From Prochlorococcus sp. AG-424-M03 (GTDB lineage: Bacteria; Cyanobacteriota; Cyanobacteriia; PCC-6307; Cyanobiaceae): a stretch of 64,000 nt of DNA. Location of the stretch: NCBI GenBank assembly GCA_003213275.1, contig QCNH01000001.1, positions 22,196 to 86,195 on the forward strand, read 5' to 3'. The notes under the pieces were generated by a model that had not been told where the DNA came from, did not search any database, and saw nothing but the letters and a program-made list of their open reading frames with translations. The translations under genes and the position numbers were made by a program. Shown one piece after another: positions 11,437 to 22,238 of this stretch; the stretch's first letter is position 1; each line of letters begins with the position of its first letter.

Positions 11437-11748
11437 TTAACAATTTTTATTCACATATGGAATCATCAATGAAATTCTTTTCTTGGACAAATTTTTTAAA
11501 AAGTAAGCTTCAATAAGTTCCGACTGCAACCCCAATAAACTTGATTGACACTTGAATCTATTTTGATTAAAAACTACTAATTGAAGTTTTTCTATTTGAG
11601 AAACTAATTCTCTACATATTTGGTTTTGAGAATCTTTAATACATTCACTCGATTGTTTTATAATATTAGATTTTGATGGTATTGTTTCTGCCATAAGGAA
11701 ATTAGATAATAATAAAATTTTTAGGAATAAAATAGTTAAAAATTTCAT
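11437..11748 (-). CDS. hypothetical secreted protein with 4 Cys
   Basis: signal-peptide-like N-terminus; C..C..CQSSLLG..C pattern. Confidence 0.7.
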   Translation of the reverse strand: MKFLTILFLKILLLSNFLMAETIPSKSNIIKQSSECIKDSQNQICRELVSQIEKLQLVVFNQNRFKCQSSLLGLQSELIEAYFLKNLSKKRISLMIPYVNKNC

Positions 11749-11822
11749 TACTTCTGAAGACTTAATATTTGAGATAAGTTATTAAAAGTTTTTAATAGGA
11801 ATGATAGTATTTAATATCGATT

Positions 11823-11851
11823 AAAAAAAAAGATGCTCTACATGAGCACCT
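11823..11851 (-). terminator. rho-independent terminator of the HU gene
   Basis: minus strand AGGTGCTC-ATGTA-GAGCATCT followed by a T-run, about 35 nt after the HU stop. Confidence 0.8.
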
Positions 11852-11885
11852 TATTAGTATTAAGGGAAGAATTAGATTAAAAAGA

Positions 11886-12161
11886 TTATCCTTGAACTCT
11901 GTCCTTAAAAAGTTTACCTGCTGAGAATGTAGGAACTCTTTTAGCAGGTATTGCGATTTTTTCGCCTGTCTTAGGGTTTAATCCCTGTCTTGCAGAACGA
12001 TCTCTTGGCTCAAAAGAGCCAAATCCTAGTATGGAGACTTTTTTGCCTTCCACTACTGAATCAACAATAGTTTCAATAGCTGCATCAACAACTAAAGAAA
12101 CATCCGTTTTTGTGAGCTCGGTACGAGCAGCAACAAGATTTACTAAATCAGCTTTGTTCAT
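11886..12161 (-). CDS. hup: DNA-binding protein HU
   Basis: MNKADLV...GFGSFE...ARQGLNPKTGEKIAIPAKRVPTF; start at 12161. Confidence 0.97.
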   Translation of the reverse strand: MNKADLVNLVAARTELTKTDVSLVVDAAIETIVDSVVEGKKVSILGFGSFEPRDRSARQGLNPKTGEKIAIPAKRVPTFSAGKLFKDRVQG

Positions 12162-12787
12162 TGAATTGTTTATAAAGCAGAGATTCAAAAGACGAGAGTA
12201 TTAATCAAGTCTAAAAACCTCGAACTTGCACATCATATGGAGCAAATACAAATACGGCAACCGAAAATGCCGGCGGCGCAAAGCTTTATACAAATTTTAG
12301 GGACATTTTTAGCTATATTATTTAATTATGAAGCGTCAAATTTTTAATCTATACAAAAACAGCCTATGTCTTTTAAAATAGGCAAAACAATTGGTAATAC
12401 TGGATTTAGCCTTAAAAATTTTAACTTTATTTATCCAACAGCAAAATGTCTAAAGGTAATGAAGTCACGAATTTAAACTATTTATTATTTTTTATTAATT
12501 TTCATATATATTTCCTTCTCATCACATGAAATAGCATAATTTGTATTTTGAAATCAAGAAAAATCTGTTTTCCTCATGATTAAACTTTCTCTGTAAATCA
12601 TGTAATTAACTGAGTAAATGGATGGATAAATTGCAATAAGTTAGAAAATTAATATTATTCTTGATTTAAGGAAGTTGATTAGTGAAACCTTAAATTTGAG
12701 TTTTTTTTGAATTTTGCATCTATTATTCAAATATCAGTAATTTGAATAAAATATCTAAATATTTAACTAATCAATGATAAGTAGACA

Positions 12788-14824
12788 GTGACTCATATCA
12801 ATAAAGGCAAACCATTTCCTTTAGGAAGTTCTCTAACTTCAGAAGGAGTTAATTTTTCCCTAATAGCCACAAATGCAGAATATGTAGAAATCTTATTGTT
12901 TGAGGAAGAGGAATCTATTTCCCCAAAAACCATATTCAAACTAGATCATAATTACCATAATACTGGTCCTTACTGGCATGCTGAAATAAGAAATTTAAAT
13001 GAAGGTTGTATTTATGCTTTTAGAATAAAACAAAAAAATAATGATATTAACAATAACTACGAAAAAAAAGTTTTACTTGATCCATGTTCAAGGGGTATTA
13101 CTGGATGGGGAAATTATAAAAGAGAAAACGCATTAAAAAAGCATGACAATTCCAATTCTTGCCTTAAAAGCGTTGTTTGCGATAGAAAATTATTTAATTT
13201 TAAAGATTATCCAAGACCGAAACATTCTTGGGAAGAAACAATTATTTATGAACTCCATATCAAAGCTTTCACTGAAACAACTGATAAAGATGACAGTTGT
13301 TTTAAGAAATTTTTAAAAAAAATTCCGTATCTCAAAGAACTGGGTATTACGACAATTGAATTACTTCCAATTTTTTGTTTTGATCCAACTGATGCCCCAA
13401 ATGGTCTAAAAAATTTTTGGGGTTATAGTCCAATCAATTGGTTTACTCCGCATTTTGAATATCTTTCAAATGAATCCGCCGAAAAGAATAGAGAGGAATT
13501 TAGAAGATTAGTGGAGGAATGTCATAAAGCAGACATTGAAGTCATCTTAGATGTTGTATATAATCACACTTCTGAAGGAGATTCTGAAGGGCCTGCAATA
13601 TCTTGGAAAGGTATAGATGAAAATCTTTTTTACTTTATTGGAAAAGATAAAAATTATCAGGACGTCTCTGGCTGTGGTAATACTATTGCAGCAAACAGAG
13701 GATTAGTTAGAAAACTAATAATTGAATCATTAAAATGTTGGGCAAGTGAATTAGGAGTTGATGGTTTTAGATTTGATTTAGGAATTGCCCTATCAAGAGG
13801 AGAAAATCTTTCTCCGCTCGATAATCCTCCAATTTTTGAAGATATAGAATCTGAACCAGAACTTATTGATATCAAATTGATAAGTGAACCATGGGATTGT
13901 GGTGGTTTATATAAAATAGGGGATTTCCCATCGAAGAATACTTTTACTTGGAATGGTCATTTTAGAGATGACTTGCGTAGATTCTGGAAAGGAGATAAAG
14001 ATACAGCTTGGAATATGTGCGATAAAATAAAAGGTAGTCCATCAATTTATAAAGAAAATAATATTTTTCCAAAATCAATAAATTTTATTACTTCACATGA
14101 TGGATTCACCCTCAAAGATTTAGTAACATTTAATAAAAAACATAATTTTGCGAATAAAGAACAAAATAGAGATGGTGATAACCATAACAATTCTTGGAAT
14201 CATGGGATTGAGGGCCCAACTACAAACTTATTAATAAATGATTTAAGAAAAAGACAACAAAAAAATCTTCTTCTTAGTTTACTTATCTCTAGAGGAGTTC
14301 CAATGTTACTCATGGGTGATGAAATAGGTAGGTCACAAGGAGGTAACAATAATTCTTGGTGCCAAAATAATTTATTAGGTTGGATGAATTGGGATCATAG
14401 TGAACAAGATTTGGAATTATTAAACTATTTTAAATATGTTATAAAAATTCGAAAAAAACTTATAAACATTTTTAATCCATCGTTATTAACTAACAATGAG
14501 AACGATGAAAACACTCCAAGATATCATTGGCATGGAACAAAATTAGATAGCCCAGATTGGAGTAGCTGGTCTCACACAGTTGCCTTTAGCCTTAACAAAG
14601 GTGACACTAATCCTCTGGTCTGGATAGGTTTAAATGCATATTCAAAAAGTATCGATTTCCCTCTTCCAAAATGTAAATATAATTGGTTAAAGGTTATTGA
14701 TACTAGCATGCCAGAGATTTTTGAACCCAGAACTATTAATCAAAAATCTGTTTTAATAAAGAGTAGAAGCTCTCTATTAATCATTTCACAAGAAATATTT
14801 GGAGAAAAAAATAATATATTCTAA
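12788..14824 (+). CDS. glgX: glycogen debranching enzyme (isoamylase, GH13)
   Basis: GKPFPLG, NFWGY, DVVYNHT, DGFRFDL, EPWD, HDGFTL. Confidence 0.95.
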   Translation: MTHINKGKPFPLGSSLTSEGVNFSLIATNAEYVEILLFEEEESISPKTIFKLDHNYHNTGPYWHAEIRNLNEGCIYAFRIKQKNNDINNNYEKKVLLDPCSRGITGWGNYKRENALKKHDNSNSCLKSVVCDRKLFNFKDYPRPKHSWEETIIYELHIKAFTETTDKDDSCFKKFLKKIPYLKELGITTIELLPIFCFDPTDAPNGLKNFWGYSPINWFTPHFEYLSNESAEKNREEFRRLVEECHKADIEVILDVVYNHTSEGDSEGPAISWKGIDENLFYFIGKDKNYQDVSGCGNTIAANRGLVRKLIIESLKCWASELGVDGFRFDLGIALSRGENLSPLDNPPIFEDIESEPELIDIKLISEPWDCGGLYKIGDFPSKNTFTWNGHFRDDLRRFWKGDKDTAWNMCDKIKGSPSIYKENNIFPKSINFITSHDGFTLKDLVTFNKKHNFANKEQNRDGDNHNNSWNHGIEGPTTNLLINDLRKRQQKNLLLSLLISRGVPMLLMGDEIGRSQGGNNNSWCQNNLLGWMNWDHSEQDLELLNYFKYVIKIRKKLINIFNPSLLTNNENDENTPRYHWHGTKLDSPDWSSWSHTVAFSLNKGDTNPLVWIGLNAYSKSIDFPLPKCKYNWLKVIDTSMPEIFEPRTINQKSVLIKSRSSLLIISQEIFGEKNNIF

Positions 14825-14825
14825 A

Positions 14826-14896
14826 AGCGGGCGGCGGGAATCGAACCCGCATCTTCAGCTTGGAAGGCTGAGGTTTTACCACTAAACCACGCCCGC
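14826..14896 (-). tRNA. tRNA-Gly (TCC)
   Basis: reverse complement GCGGGCGTGGTTTAGTGGTAAAACCTCAGCCTTCCAAGCTGAAGATGCGGGTTCGATTCCCGCCGCCCGCT folds as a cloverleaf, anticodon TCC. Confidence 0.97.
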
Positions 14897-14957
14897 AATA
14901 AGTAATAGAATTACACTTGTAATAATACATTATCAAACAATCAACCAAGTAAAAAGA

Positions 14958-16331
14958 TTGGAAAATTCACACTCAAAAAATATATCGGGATCAAGAACTA
15001 GATTAATGCTTTCCTACGGGCTTGGAGATGCTGGGACAGGGCTTGCTAATGCTCAATTTGGTTTTTACCTCTTCCCATTCTTTACTTGTGCGGCTGGATT
15101 ACCCCCTTGGATAGCAAGTTCCATCTTGATGATAATCAAGCTCTGGGATGCAATTAATGATCCTTTGATTGGCTGGATGAGCGACCATACCCAATCAAGA
15201 TGGGGGCCAAGACTACCTTGGATGATTGGAGCATCACTTCCTTTGGGAATTTTTTTAGCTGCAATGTGGTGGATACCCAATGATTACAGCATCAAAGAAA
15301 AAACTTTTTATTACATATGCACATCAATTTTGTATATGACAGCTTACACATCTGTCAATCTTCCTTACGGAGCATTATCAACAGAAATTAGTGAAGATGA
15401 AAATATAAGAACTAGACTTAACGCAGCCCGATTTACTGGCTCAATATTAGCTTCTTTAACAGGATTAACTGTAGGTGCAATATTTCTAACTAAAGGAGAT
15501 ACTGGTTACCTAACTATGGGAAGAATATCTGGCACGATGGTTATAGTAATAACATTACTTTCTACTTGGGGCCTAGCTCCATATGCAAAGGTCGCAAGAA
15601 AACCTATCAATAAAATACAACCAATAAAAAATCAATTCAAGCGTATTTTAAAAAATAAAGTTTTTATAAAAGTGATATATCTTTATTTACTTCTCTGGTG
15701 TGGACTTCAGTTAATGCAAACAGTTTCATTAATATATTTGCAACAAGTCATGAATGTACCAAGAGGGATATCCTTTTGGATTATCATTCCTTTTCAAATA
15801 AGTGCTCTATTAGGATTGCAAATCTGGAGCTTTTATTCTAATAAATACGGAAGAGTTAAAGCATTAAAAATAGGTGGACTCATATGGATTGGTGGTTGCT
15901 TGATTGCAATGATATTACCTCCATTGTCAAATAATTTTGAAATAAGTAATTTCAATATAGATTCTATAAAAATGTTATTTTTATTTCTAACAATATTATT
16001 TGTTGGTTTTGGTGCATCAACAGCATATTTAATACCTTGGTCTTTATTGCCAGACGCTATTGATCATGACCCAGATAAGGCAGCAGGAATTTATACTGCT
16101 TGGATGGTTTTATGCCAAAAATTAGGTATTGCTTTAAGCGTAGGATTATTTGGCTATCTTCTCACTCTTGCTGGGTTCAAGCAAGCAGGCTGTCAGGGAA
16201 TTATTGATATCACTCAACCAGACTCTGCATTAATAACAGTAAGGATTTGTATGGGTTTAATACCTTCTATACTTGTCTACTGGGGTCTATTAATTATGAG
16301 AAAATGGGATCAAGAATTAATTACGAACTAA
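14958..16331 (+). CDS. GPH/MelB-type MFS sugar:cation symporter
   Basis: YGLGDAG, WDAINDPLIGWMSD, RWGPRLPW, about 12 TM; alternative start at ATG 15006. Confidence 0.9.
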   Translation: MENSHSKNISGSRTRLMLSYGLGDAGTGLANAQFGFYLFPFFTCAAGLPPWIASSILMIIKLWDAINDPLIGWMSDHTQSRWGPRLPWMIGASLPLGIFLAAMWWIPNDYSIKEKTFYYICTSILYMTAYTSVNLPYGALSTEISEDENIRTRLNAARFTGSILASLTGLTVGAIFLTKGDTGYLTMGRISGTMVIVITLLSTWGLAPYAKVARKPINKIQPIKNQFKRILKNKVFIKVIYLYLLLWCGLQLMQTVSLIYLQQVMNVPRGISFWIIIPFQISALLGLQIWSFYSNKYGRVKALKIGGLIWIGGCLIAMILPPLSNNFEISNFNIDSIKMLFLFLTILFVGFGASTAYLIPWSLLPDAIDHDPDKAAGIYTAWMVLCQKLGIALSVGLFGYLLTLAGFKQAGCQGIIDITQPDSALITVRICMGLIPSILVYWGLLIMRKWDQELITN

Positions 16332-16340
16332 TATAGAAAT

Positions 16341-17096
16341 ATGTATTATCCTAGGTTTTTCAAAAGACTCCTAAGCAGCCTAATCATTGGCGGGCAAGCA
16401 ATCAATTTTATCTTTAAAGGTAAAATTTCCAAAAATGATCTCTTTGATCAACTAATGGAGTCAGGTCCGGGAAGTTTGTTAATTGTATTAATTACAGGAA
16501 TTGCTGCGGGTACAGTATTTAATATTCAAGTTGCATCACAACTAACAAGTATGGGTGTTTCAAGTGAAATAGGAGGCTTATTAGCAGTAGGAATGGCGAG
16601 AGAAATGGCTCCTCTTCTAACTGCTACCTTAATGACTGGAAAGGTTGCTACCGCTTATGCTGCTCAACTAGGCACTATGAAAGTTACAGAACAAATTGAA
16701 GCTATAACAATGTTAAGAACTGAACCAGTCCAATATTTGGTAGTCCCAAGGTTACTCTCGATGGTAATAATGTCTCCGATACAGTGTCTTTTGTTTTTAT
16801 CAGTAGCTTTGTGGAGTGGACAAATTTGGAGCACAATATTTTATAAAGTTCCTCCAATAGTTTTTTGGACATCCGTAAGATCAGGTAATGTTAGTTTAAC
16901 CAGCACAGACTTAACTTCAATGTTAATAAAATCTGTAGTATTTGGATTACTTATTTCAATTATTGCTTGCGGATATGGACTTACCACCAAAGGTGGTCCA
17001 AAAGAAGTTGGAACAAGTACAACAGGTGCTGTTGTAATGACTCTCGTTACTGTATCTTTAATGGATGTATTACTAACACAAATTTTATTTGGATAA
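16341..17096 (+). CDS. mlaE: MlaE family lipid ABC transporter permease
   Basis: REMAPLLTA, AAQLGTMKVTEQIEA, YLVVPR, GGPKEVGTSTT. Confidence 0.92.
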   Translation: MYYPRFFKRLLSSLIIGGQAINFIFKGKISKNDLFDQLMESGPGSLLIVLITGIAAGTVFNIQVASQLTSMGVSSEIGGLLAVGMAREMAPLLTATLMTGKVATAYAAQLGTMKVTEQIEAITMLRTEPVQYLVVPRLLSMVIMSPIQCLLFLSVALWSGQIWSTIFYKVPPIVFWTSVRSGNVSLTSTDLTSMLIKSVVFGLLISIIACGYGLTTKGGPKEVGTSTTGAVVMTLVTVSLMDVLLTQILFG

Positions 17097-17100
17097 TTCA

Positions 17101-17505
17101 ATGTTTAACACTAAATCAAAAAAAGAAGAACCAGTAATAATATCACCATCATTTCAATTGCCAATCATTGTAATAGTCTTAAGTTTTATGCTTTTATTTT
17201 TGAATATTGGTTATTGGCCAACTATAATTTCTGCGTCTTTTAGCTTTTTCTTATTGCTTCAGTCTTTTACCTTAAGAATAAAAATAACAAATGATGATTT
17301 CATCGTTTTACAATTAGGGAAAGAAATTAGAACTTTTCCATTCAAGAACTGGATATCATGGAAATTCTTTTTCCCTGTAATCCCAGGTATTTTTTATTTT
17401 AGAGAAAAGTCCAGTCCTCATTTATTACCAATATTATTTAATGCAAAGCAATTAAAAGATGAACTTTTAAAAAAAGTTGAGTCCCTGGAAATTAAAAATT
17501 CCTAA
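17101..17505 (+). CDS. conserved cyanobacterial membrane protein (DUF3119-like)
   Basis: two TM helices plus FPFKNWISW...FYFRE...PHLLPILF; usual position before DUF3086-plsY. Confidence 0.78.
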   Translation: MFNTKSKKEEPVIISPSFQLPIIVIVLSFMLLFLNIGYWPTIISASFSFFLLLQSFTLRIKITNDDFIVLQLGKEIRTFPFKNWISWKFFFPVIPGIFYFREKSSPHLLPILFNAKQLKDELLKKVESLEIKNS

Positions 17506-17540
17506 AACTTAGTGTTTACTTCATCATCAAAATTATTTAA

Positions 17541-18551
17541 ATGACCAATACAGAAAGTCCAAACAATAATCCTGAGAAGGAATTAATACTAGCTAAGTCT
17601 ATTTCAGATGATAAAACCAAACCAATTAGTAAGAACAATACAACGCCAAATAAAAAAACTGCTTTAAAAAAGGACAACCCAAAAAAATCTTTTGATGAAA
17701 TTTCTAATCAGATTTTTAGCGATCTCGTCACAAAAAAAGACTCTTTAGTTAAAGAAATATCAGAGTTAGAAACAAAAAAAAATGAATTAGAAAAAGATAT
17801 TGAGTCAAATTTTAAAGGACAGTCAGATAATATCGCTAAAAGAGTTAAAGGCTTTCAAGAATACTTAACTGGTGCTTTGCAGAATCTTTCACAAAACGTT
17901 GAGAAACTTGAATTAGTTTCTCAACCAATAATCGTAAAGCCATCTCCCCTTGATGAAAAAAAGCAAAACAGTATCACCAATAATGTGGTTAATGTTCCTG
18001 CTCTTTCTGAAACATTTAAACCAGATGAACAGATTATAAAAAGCTGCTTTTCAACTTTCACAGAACAACCTGATTTTTATGCTGAACCTTGGAAATTAAG
18101 AAGAAGCCTTGATTCATCAGATATAGAAATCATGGATGATTGGTTCTTTAATATGGGTGGGAGAGGTTCTCTAGAAAGTAGAGGATCTCGACAAAAAAAT
18201 GCCTTATTATCAGCTGGTTTAATATCTATTCTTGGCGAATTATATGGAGATCAGTTTCAGACTCTTATTTTAGCTTCGCAACCTGAACGTTTAGGAGAAT
18301 GGAGAAGAATTCTTCAAGATTCTCTTGGTCTCACTAGAGATGACTTTGGACCTAATAGTGGGATTGTTCTTTTTGAAAGGCCTGAAGGTGTTATCGAAAG
18401 AGCTGATAGATTAGAAGCCAATGAAGAATTGCCATTTATTATCATTGATGCAGCAGAAACCTCTGTTGAAATTCCAATACTTCAGTTCCCATTATGGGTT
18501 GCATTTGCTGGTTCAGATAGTGAAATTTACGATGATCTTGAATTAAACTAA
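17541..18551 (+). CDS. coiled-coil protein (DUF3086-like)
   Basis: [39 protein letters not shown]. Confidence 0.8.
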   Translation: MTNTESPNNNPEKELILAKSISDDKTKPISKNNTTPNKKTALKKDNPKKSFDEISNQIFSDLVTKKDSLVKEISELETKKNELEKDIESNFKGQSDNIAKRVKGFQEYLTGALQNLSQNVEKLELVSQPIIVKPSPLDEKKQNSITNNVVNVPALSETFKPDEQIIKSCFSTFTEQPDFYAEPWKLRRSLDSSDIEIMDDWFFNMGGRGSLESRGSRQKNALLSAGLISILGELYGDQFQTLILASQPERLGEWRRILQDSLGLTRDDFGPNSGIVLFERPEGVIERADRLEANEELPFIIIDAAETSVEIPILQFPLWVAFAGSDSEIYDDLELN

Positions 18552-18556
18552 TCTTT

Positions 18557-19147
18557 ATGAATATCTTAATAATTTTTACAAGTTATCTTTTAGGATCAAT
18601 TCCTACAGGTTTCTTAATTGGAAAATATCTTAAAAATATAGATCTAAGGACTATAGGTTCTGGATCTACAGGTGCCACAAATGTCTTAAGAAATGTTGGG
18701 AAATGGCCAGCACTTTTTGTATTTATAGTAGACGTTGGGAAAGGCCTTATTGCAGTAAAAATTGCTCAATATTACACAGCTCAAGGATTAATAGAAGTTA
18801 TAGCAGGCATATCAGCTATCTCAGGACATATTTGGCCAATATGGCTCAGAGGTAAAGGAGGTAAAGCTGTTGCGACTGGATTAGGTATGTTTTTAGCTCT
18901 TTCTTGGAAAGTTGGACTAGCATCACTTGGCATTTTTTTAATCGTACTAACAAAAACTAAATTTGTTTCTTTATCCAGTATTTCAGCTGCATTCTTACTT
19001 CCTATCTTTATGTTTTTTTACCTGGGTAATTTTATACACTCTTACTTTTTTATAAGTTTAATTGTGGCATTATTAGTAATCTGGAAACATAGAACAAACA
19101 TAACAAGATTGCTCAAGGGAGAAGAATCTAAAATTAATCAGAATTAA
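18557..19147 (+). CDS. plsY: glycerol-3-phosphate acyltransferase
   Basis: [34 protein letters not shown]. Confidence 0.96.
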   Translation: MNILIIFTSYLLGSIPTGFLIGKYLKNIDLRTIGSGSTGATNVLRNVGKWPALFVFIVDVGKGLIAVKIAQYYTAQGLIEVIAGISAISGHIWPIWLRGKGGKAVATGLGMFLALSWKVGLASLGIFLIVLTKTKFVSLSSISAAFLLPIFMFFYLGNFIHSYFFISLIVALLVIWKHRTNITRLLKGEESKINQN

Positions 19148-19865
19148 TAGATTTAAATATTGCTATTACAGCTTTATTAGGATCTATAGCTTTTGATATT
19201 GATCTACCAATGACTAATTTAGAAGCGCCATTATCTATAGCTTCATGGGGAGTCATAATTCTATTTTGATCATCTTTATTTTCAATCTTTAACCTGATAC
19301 CTGGTGTAATTAGTTCAAAATTATCCTTATAAATAGATCTCAACATTTTTACCTCCCAAGGGGAACAGACACATCCATCTAATCCAGCATCAAAAGACAA
19401 CTTTGCAAGTCTTAAGACATTTTCTTCAATTGAATTATTTCTATCAAGATCAGTTTGAAAATCTTTAAGAGAAAAGCTTGTTAAAACAGTTATTCCTACA
19501 ACAAAAGGAGGTTTTCCTCTGACTGAGGAGGCTCCTTCCAAAGATGCTTTTTTCGAATCCTTAAGAGCTTTTAGACCTGCTGAAGCATGAATAGAAATAA
19601 TATCAACCCCTAATTTTGAAACTTGGAAACATGCTGCACTCATGGTATTTGGAATATCATGAAATTTTAAATCTAAAAATATTTTTTTATTTAAACTTTT
19701 TAAAATTTCAATAACTCTTGGACCTTCCCTAACAAAAAGCTCTAAACCAACTTTCACCCACTTAATATTAGGACATTTTTCTAGAAGTAATTTTGCTTGA
19801 CTTAAATCTAGTCCATCAATTGCCAATATTATTTTATCTTCTGAATTAAATCTGTTATTCATCAA
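19134..19865 (-). CDS. pyrF: orotidine 5'-phosphate decarboxylase
   Basis: [28 protein letters not shown]. Confidence 0.97.
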   Translation of the reverse strand: MMNNRFNSEDKIILAIDGLDLSQAKLLLEKCPNIKWVKVGLELFVREGPRVIEILKSLNKKIFLDLKFHDIPNTMSAACFQVSKLGVDIISIHASAGLKALKDSKKASLEGASSVRGKPPFVVGITVLTSFSLKDFQTDLDRNNSIEENVLRLAKLSFDAGLDGCVCSPWEVKMLRSIYKDNFELITPGIRLKIENKDDQNRIMTPHEAIDNGASKLVIGRSISKAIDPNKAVIAIFKSINSD

Positions 19866-19868
19866 TTT

Positions 19869-21107
19869 TTAGTTTCCAAACCTCTTAATTATTTTTTTCC
19901 CAATTTGCAAAATTTTTCCTTTCAAATCATTTTTTGAATCAAAAACTAAATCAGGATTTATTACTTTCTGACTATCAATTTTTACACCCCCACCTTTAAT
20001 AGATCTTTTGGATTCGCTGCTTGATTTGAAAAGTTTTAGAGCACTTAGCAAGTAAAAAAACTTAACTGGAAAAACTATTTCTTTTAATGAAATCTCTGGA
20101 ATTTCTCCAACTTTTTCTTTGTGTCCAAGAAATAATTTTTCGCAGTTTGATTGCGCTTTTAATGATTCTTCAGCCCCGTGGAATAAAGTAGTAACTTCTA
20201 AAGCCATTCTTCTCTGTAATTCACGAGGATTTAAGTTTTCAAGCAAACTTAAATCTAATTCAGTAAGTAATTCAAAATAGGTAGGAATTATATTATCGGG
20301 TACTTTTTCTAATTTTGAATACATTGAAAGAGGATCATCAGTCAAACCTACAGTATTAAATTCAGATTTACTCATCTTCTTAATTCCATCTAAGCCTGTC
20401 AAAATTGGCAACAGAACACCAAATTGAGGTTCTTGTTTAAAATGCCTTTGAAGATCTCTTCCTATTGCAATATTAAATTTCTGATCTGTACCTCCAAGCT
20501 CAATATCTGATTGAACAATCACCGAATCGTAACCTTGTAATAGTGGATATAAGAATTCATGCAAAGCAATTGGAACTTGAGAAGTATACCTTTTATTAAA
20601 TTCCTCCTTAGCTAGCATTTGACTCACTGTTGCACTCCCCATTAATTCAATTATCGAATTAAGATCTAATCCTTTTAACCATTCACTGTTATATCTAATT
20701 TCTATTCTATCTTTTGAATCAAAATCTAAAATAGATTCATTAGCTGGTTTACCCATTCCTAGTTGGGTTAAATATGTTTTTGCATTATCCTTAACTTGTT
20801 TTTCCGACAACTGCACTCTTGTTTTGTTTTTTCCAGTTGGGTCTCCAATTTGAGCAGTAAAATCTCCAATAATTAAAACTGCAACATGTCCGTTATCTTG
20901 AAATGCCCTAAGTTTTTTGAACAATATGCTGTGACCAAGATGAATATCTGTTCCAGTTGGATCGATTCCGAGTTTAACCCTTAATTTTTTATTATTTTTT
21001 TTCGCATGATCAATTATCTCCGAAAAAGTTTGATCAGTTCCCTTAATTGGAAAATATTCTTCTATTCCTCTTGACAGCCATGATGGCAATATTAAATTAT
21101 CTGACAT
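19869..21107 (-). CDS. tyrS: tyrosine--tRNA ligase
   Basis: GIDPT...[23 protein letters not shown]-terminal S4 domain. Confidence 0.97.
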   Translation of the reverse strand: MSDNLILPSWLSRGIEEYFPIKGTDQTFSEIIDHAKKNNKKLRVKLGIDPTGTDIHLGHSILFKKLRAFQDNGHVAVLIIGDFTAQIGDPTGKNKTRVQLSEKQVKDNAKTYLTQLGMGKPANESILDFDSKDRIEIRYNSEWLKGLDLNSIIELMGSATVSQMLAKEEFNKRYTSQVPIALHEFLYPLLQGYDSVIVQSDIELGGTDQKFNIAIGRDLQRHFKQEPQFGVLLPILTGLDGIKKMSKSEFNTVGLTDDPLSMYSKLEKVPDNIIPTYFELLTELDLSLLENLNPRELQRRMALEVTTLFHGAEESLKAQSNCEKLFLGHKEKVGEIPEISLKEIVFPVKFFYLLSALKLFKSSSESKRSIKGGGVKIDSQKVINPDLVFDSKNDLKGKILQIGKKIIKRFGN

Positions 21108-21126
21108 GAAGTTTTAATAGTTAGAT

Positions 21127-21450
21127 TTAAGAAGTTTTATCAAGTTCATCCTTCATTCTTATTAAGGTTTTATTCATCTGATCGAACATTTGATCAGGAG
21201 TAATCCCAAATTGACTTAACTGTGTCTTTAATTGTTCTACTGTCATTTTGGCTTGAAAATCTTCAGACAATTCAAATCTCTTCATAAAAACCTTATATCG
21301 ATCCATAAGAGATTCCATTTTTTTTATAAACATTTTTTTCCCTTCTCTGTCAAATTTTCCATAATCAGAGCCAAGTTTCATAAGTTCTTGGTAATCTGTA
21401 AAAAGCTTTTTAGCTTCCTCTTGAACGATGTCTGACTCAAAGAATCCCAT
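21127..21450 (-). CDS. conserved cyanobacterial protein (DUF1825-like)
   Basis: FFESDIVQEEAK...YGKFDREGK...FMKRFELSEDF. Confidence 0.8.
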   Translation of the reverse strand: MGFFESDIVQEEAKKLFTDYQELMKLGSDYGKFDREGKKMFIKKMESLMDRYKVFMKRFELSEDFQAKMTVEQLKTQLSQFGITPDQMFDQMNKTLIRMKDELDKTS

Positions 21451-21602
21451 TTTTATTTTTTTTACTTCGCAAAATTAAGTCTCAATTACAAGATAACAAG
21501 AATCTTTTAAATTGATTAGAACATTAATAAATTTTAGTTTATAAATAATTCTTTGATTTATATTTTTTCAGAATTAAATTTAGTAGACATGTTTTATAAA
21601 TA

Positions 21603-22214
21603 TTGGAAAAATTCAACTTAAATAATATTTCAGCCGAAAATAGACAATCTGAATTATTTGGTTCAAATGTAAATACATCAATTAATTTTCAATACTCAAA
21701 TAATCTAAAAATAAAAGGAGAAATCCTAACTGAATGGAGAAATAGAATCCATGATCACCAATTTAAAATTTCAAAAGATGCTCACAATAAAACTTTGCAC
21801 CAAACAAGTCTTCCTATAAATACAATTTCCAATGAAAGAAAAATTGATCCGTTTTCTCTGCAGCCATTATCATTGAACTTTTGGAGAACCAATCAATATA
21901 TACACAATGGTCCAGCAATGTATTTTGTAATTGACTCGATGGAGAGTTCTAAAATAATCCTTTATATAGGAGAAACAAACGTAGCAAATAAAAGATGGAA
22001 GGGAGAACATGACTGTAAAAATTACCTTATGAACTATAAAGAAGCCCTAGCCCATAACAACCTCTCAAGTCATCAAGATATTCGTTTCTTCTTAGATGTG
22101 CCTAAAGAAGTAAAATTAAGACGTAAATTAGAACAGCAACTGATATATTTATGGTTACCACCTTTTAATAAAGAAACCCGAGATAGGTGGGCAACTACTT
22201 TCACTAACAATTAA
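21603..22214 (+). CDS. GIY-YIG nuclease family protein
   Basis: AMYFVID...ILYIGET...KRW...E...PPFN matches the GIY-YIG motif order. Confidence 0.75.
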   Translation: MEKFNLNNISAENRQSELFGSNVNTSINFQYSNNLKIKGEILTEWRNRIHDHQFKISKDAHNKTLHQTSLPINTISNERKIDPFSLQPLSLNFWRTNQYIHNGPAMYFVIDSMESSKIILYIGETNVANKRWKGEHDCKNYLMNYKEALAHNNLSSHQDIRFFLDVPKEVKLRRKLEQQLIYLWLPPFNKETRDRWATTFTNN

Positions 22215-22238
22215 AAGTTAATTAAATCCATTTTACAA

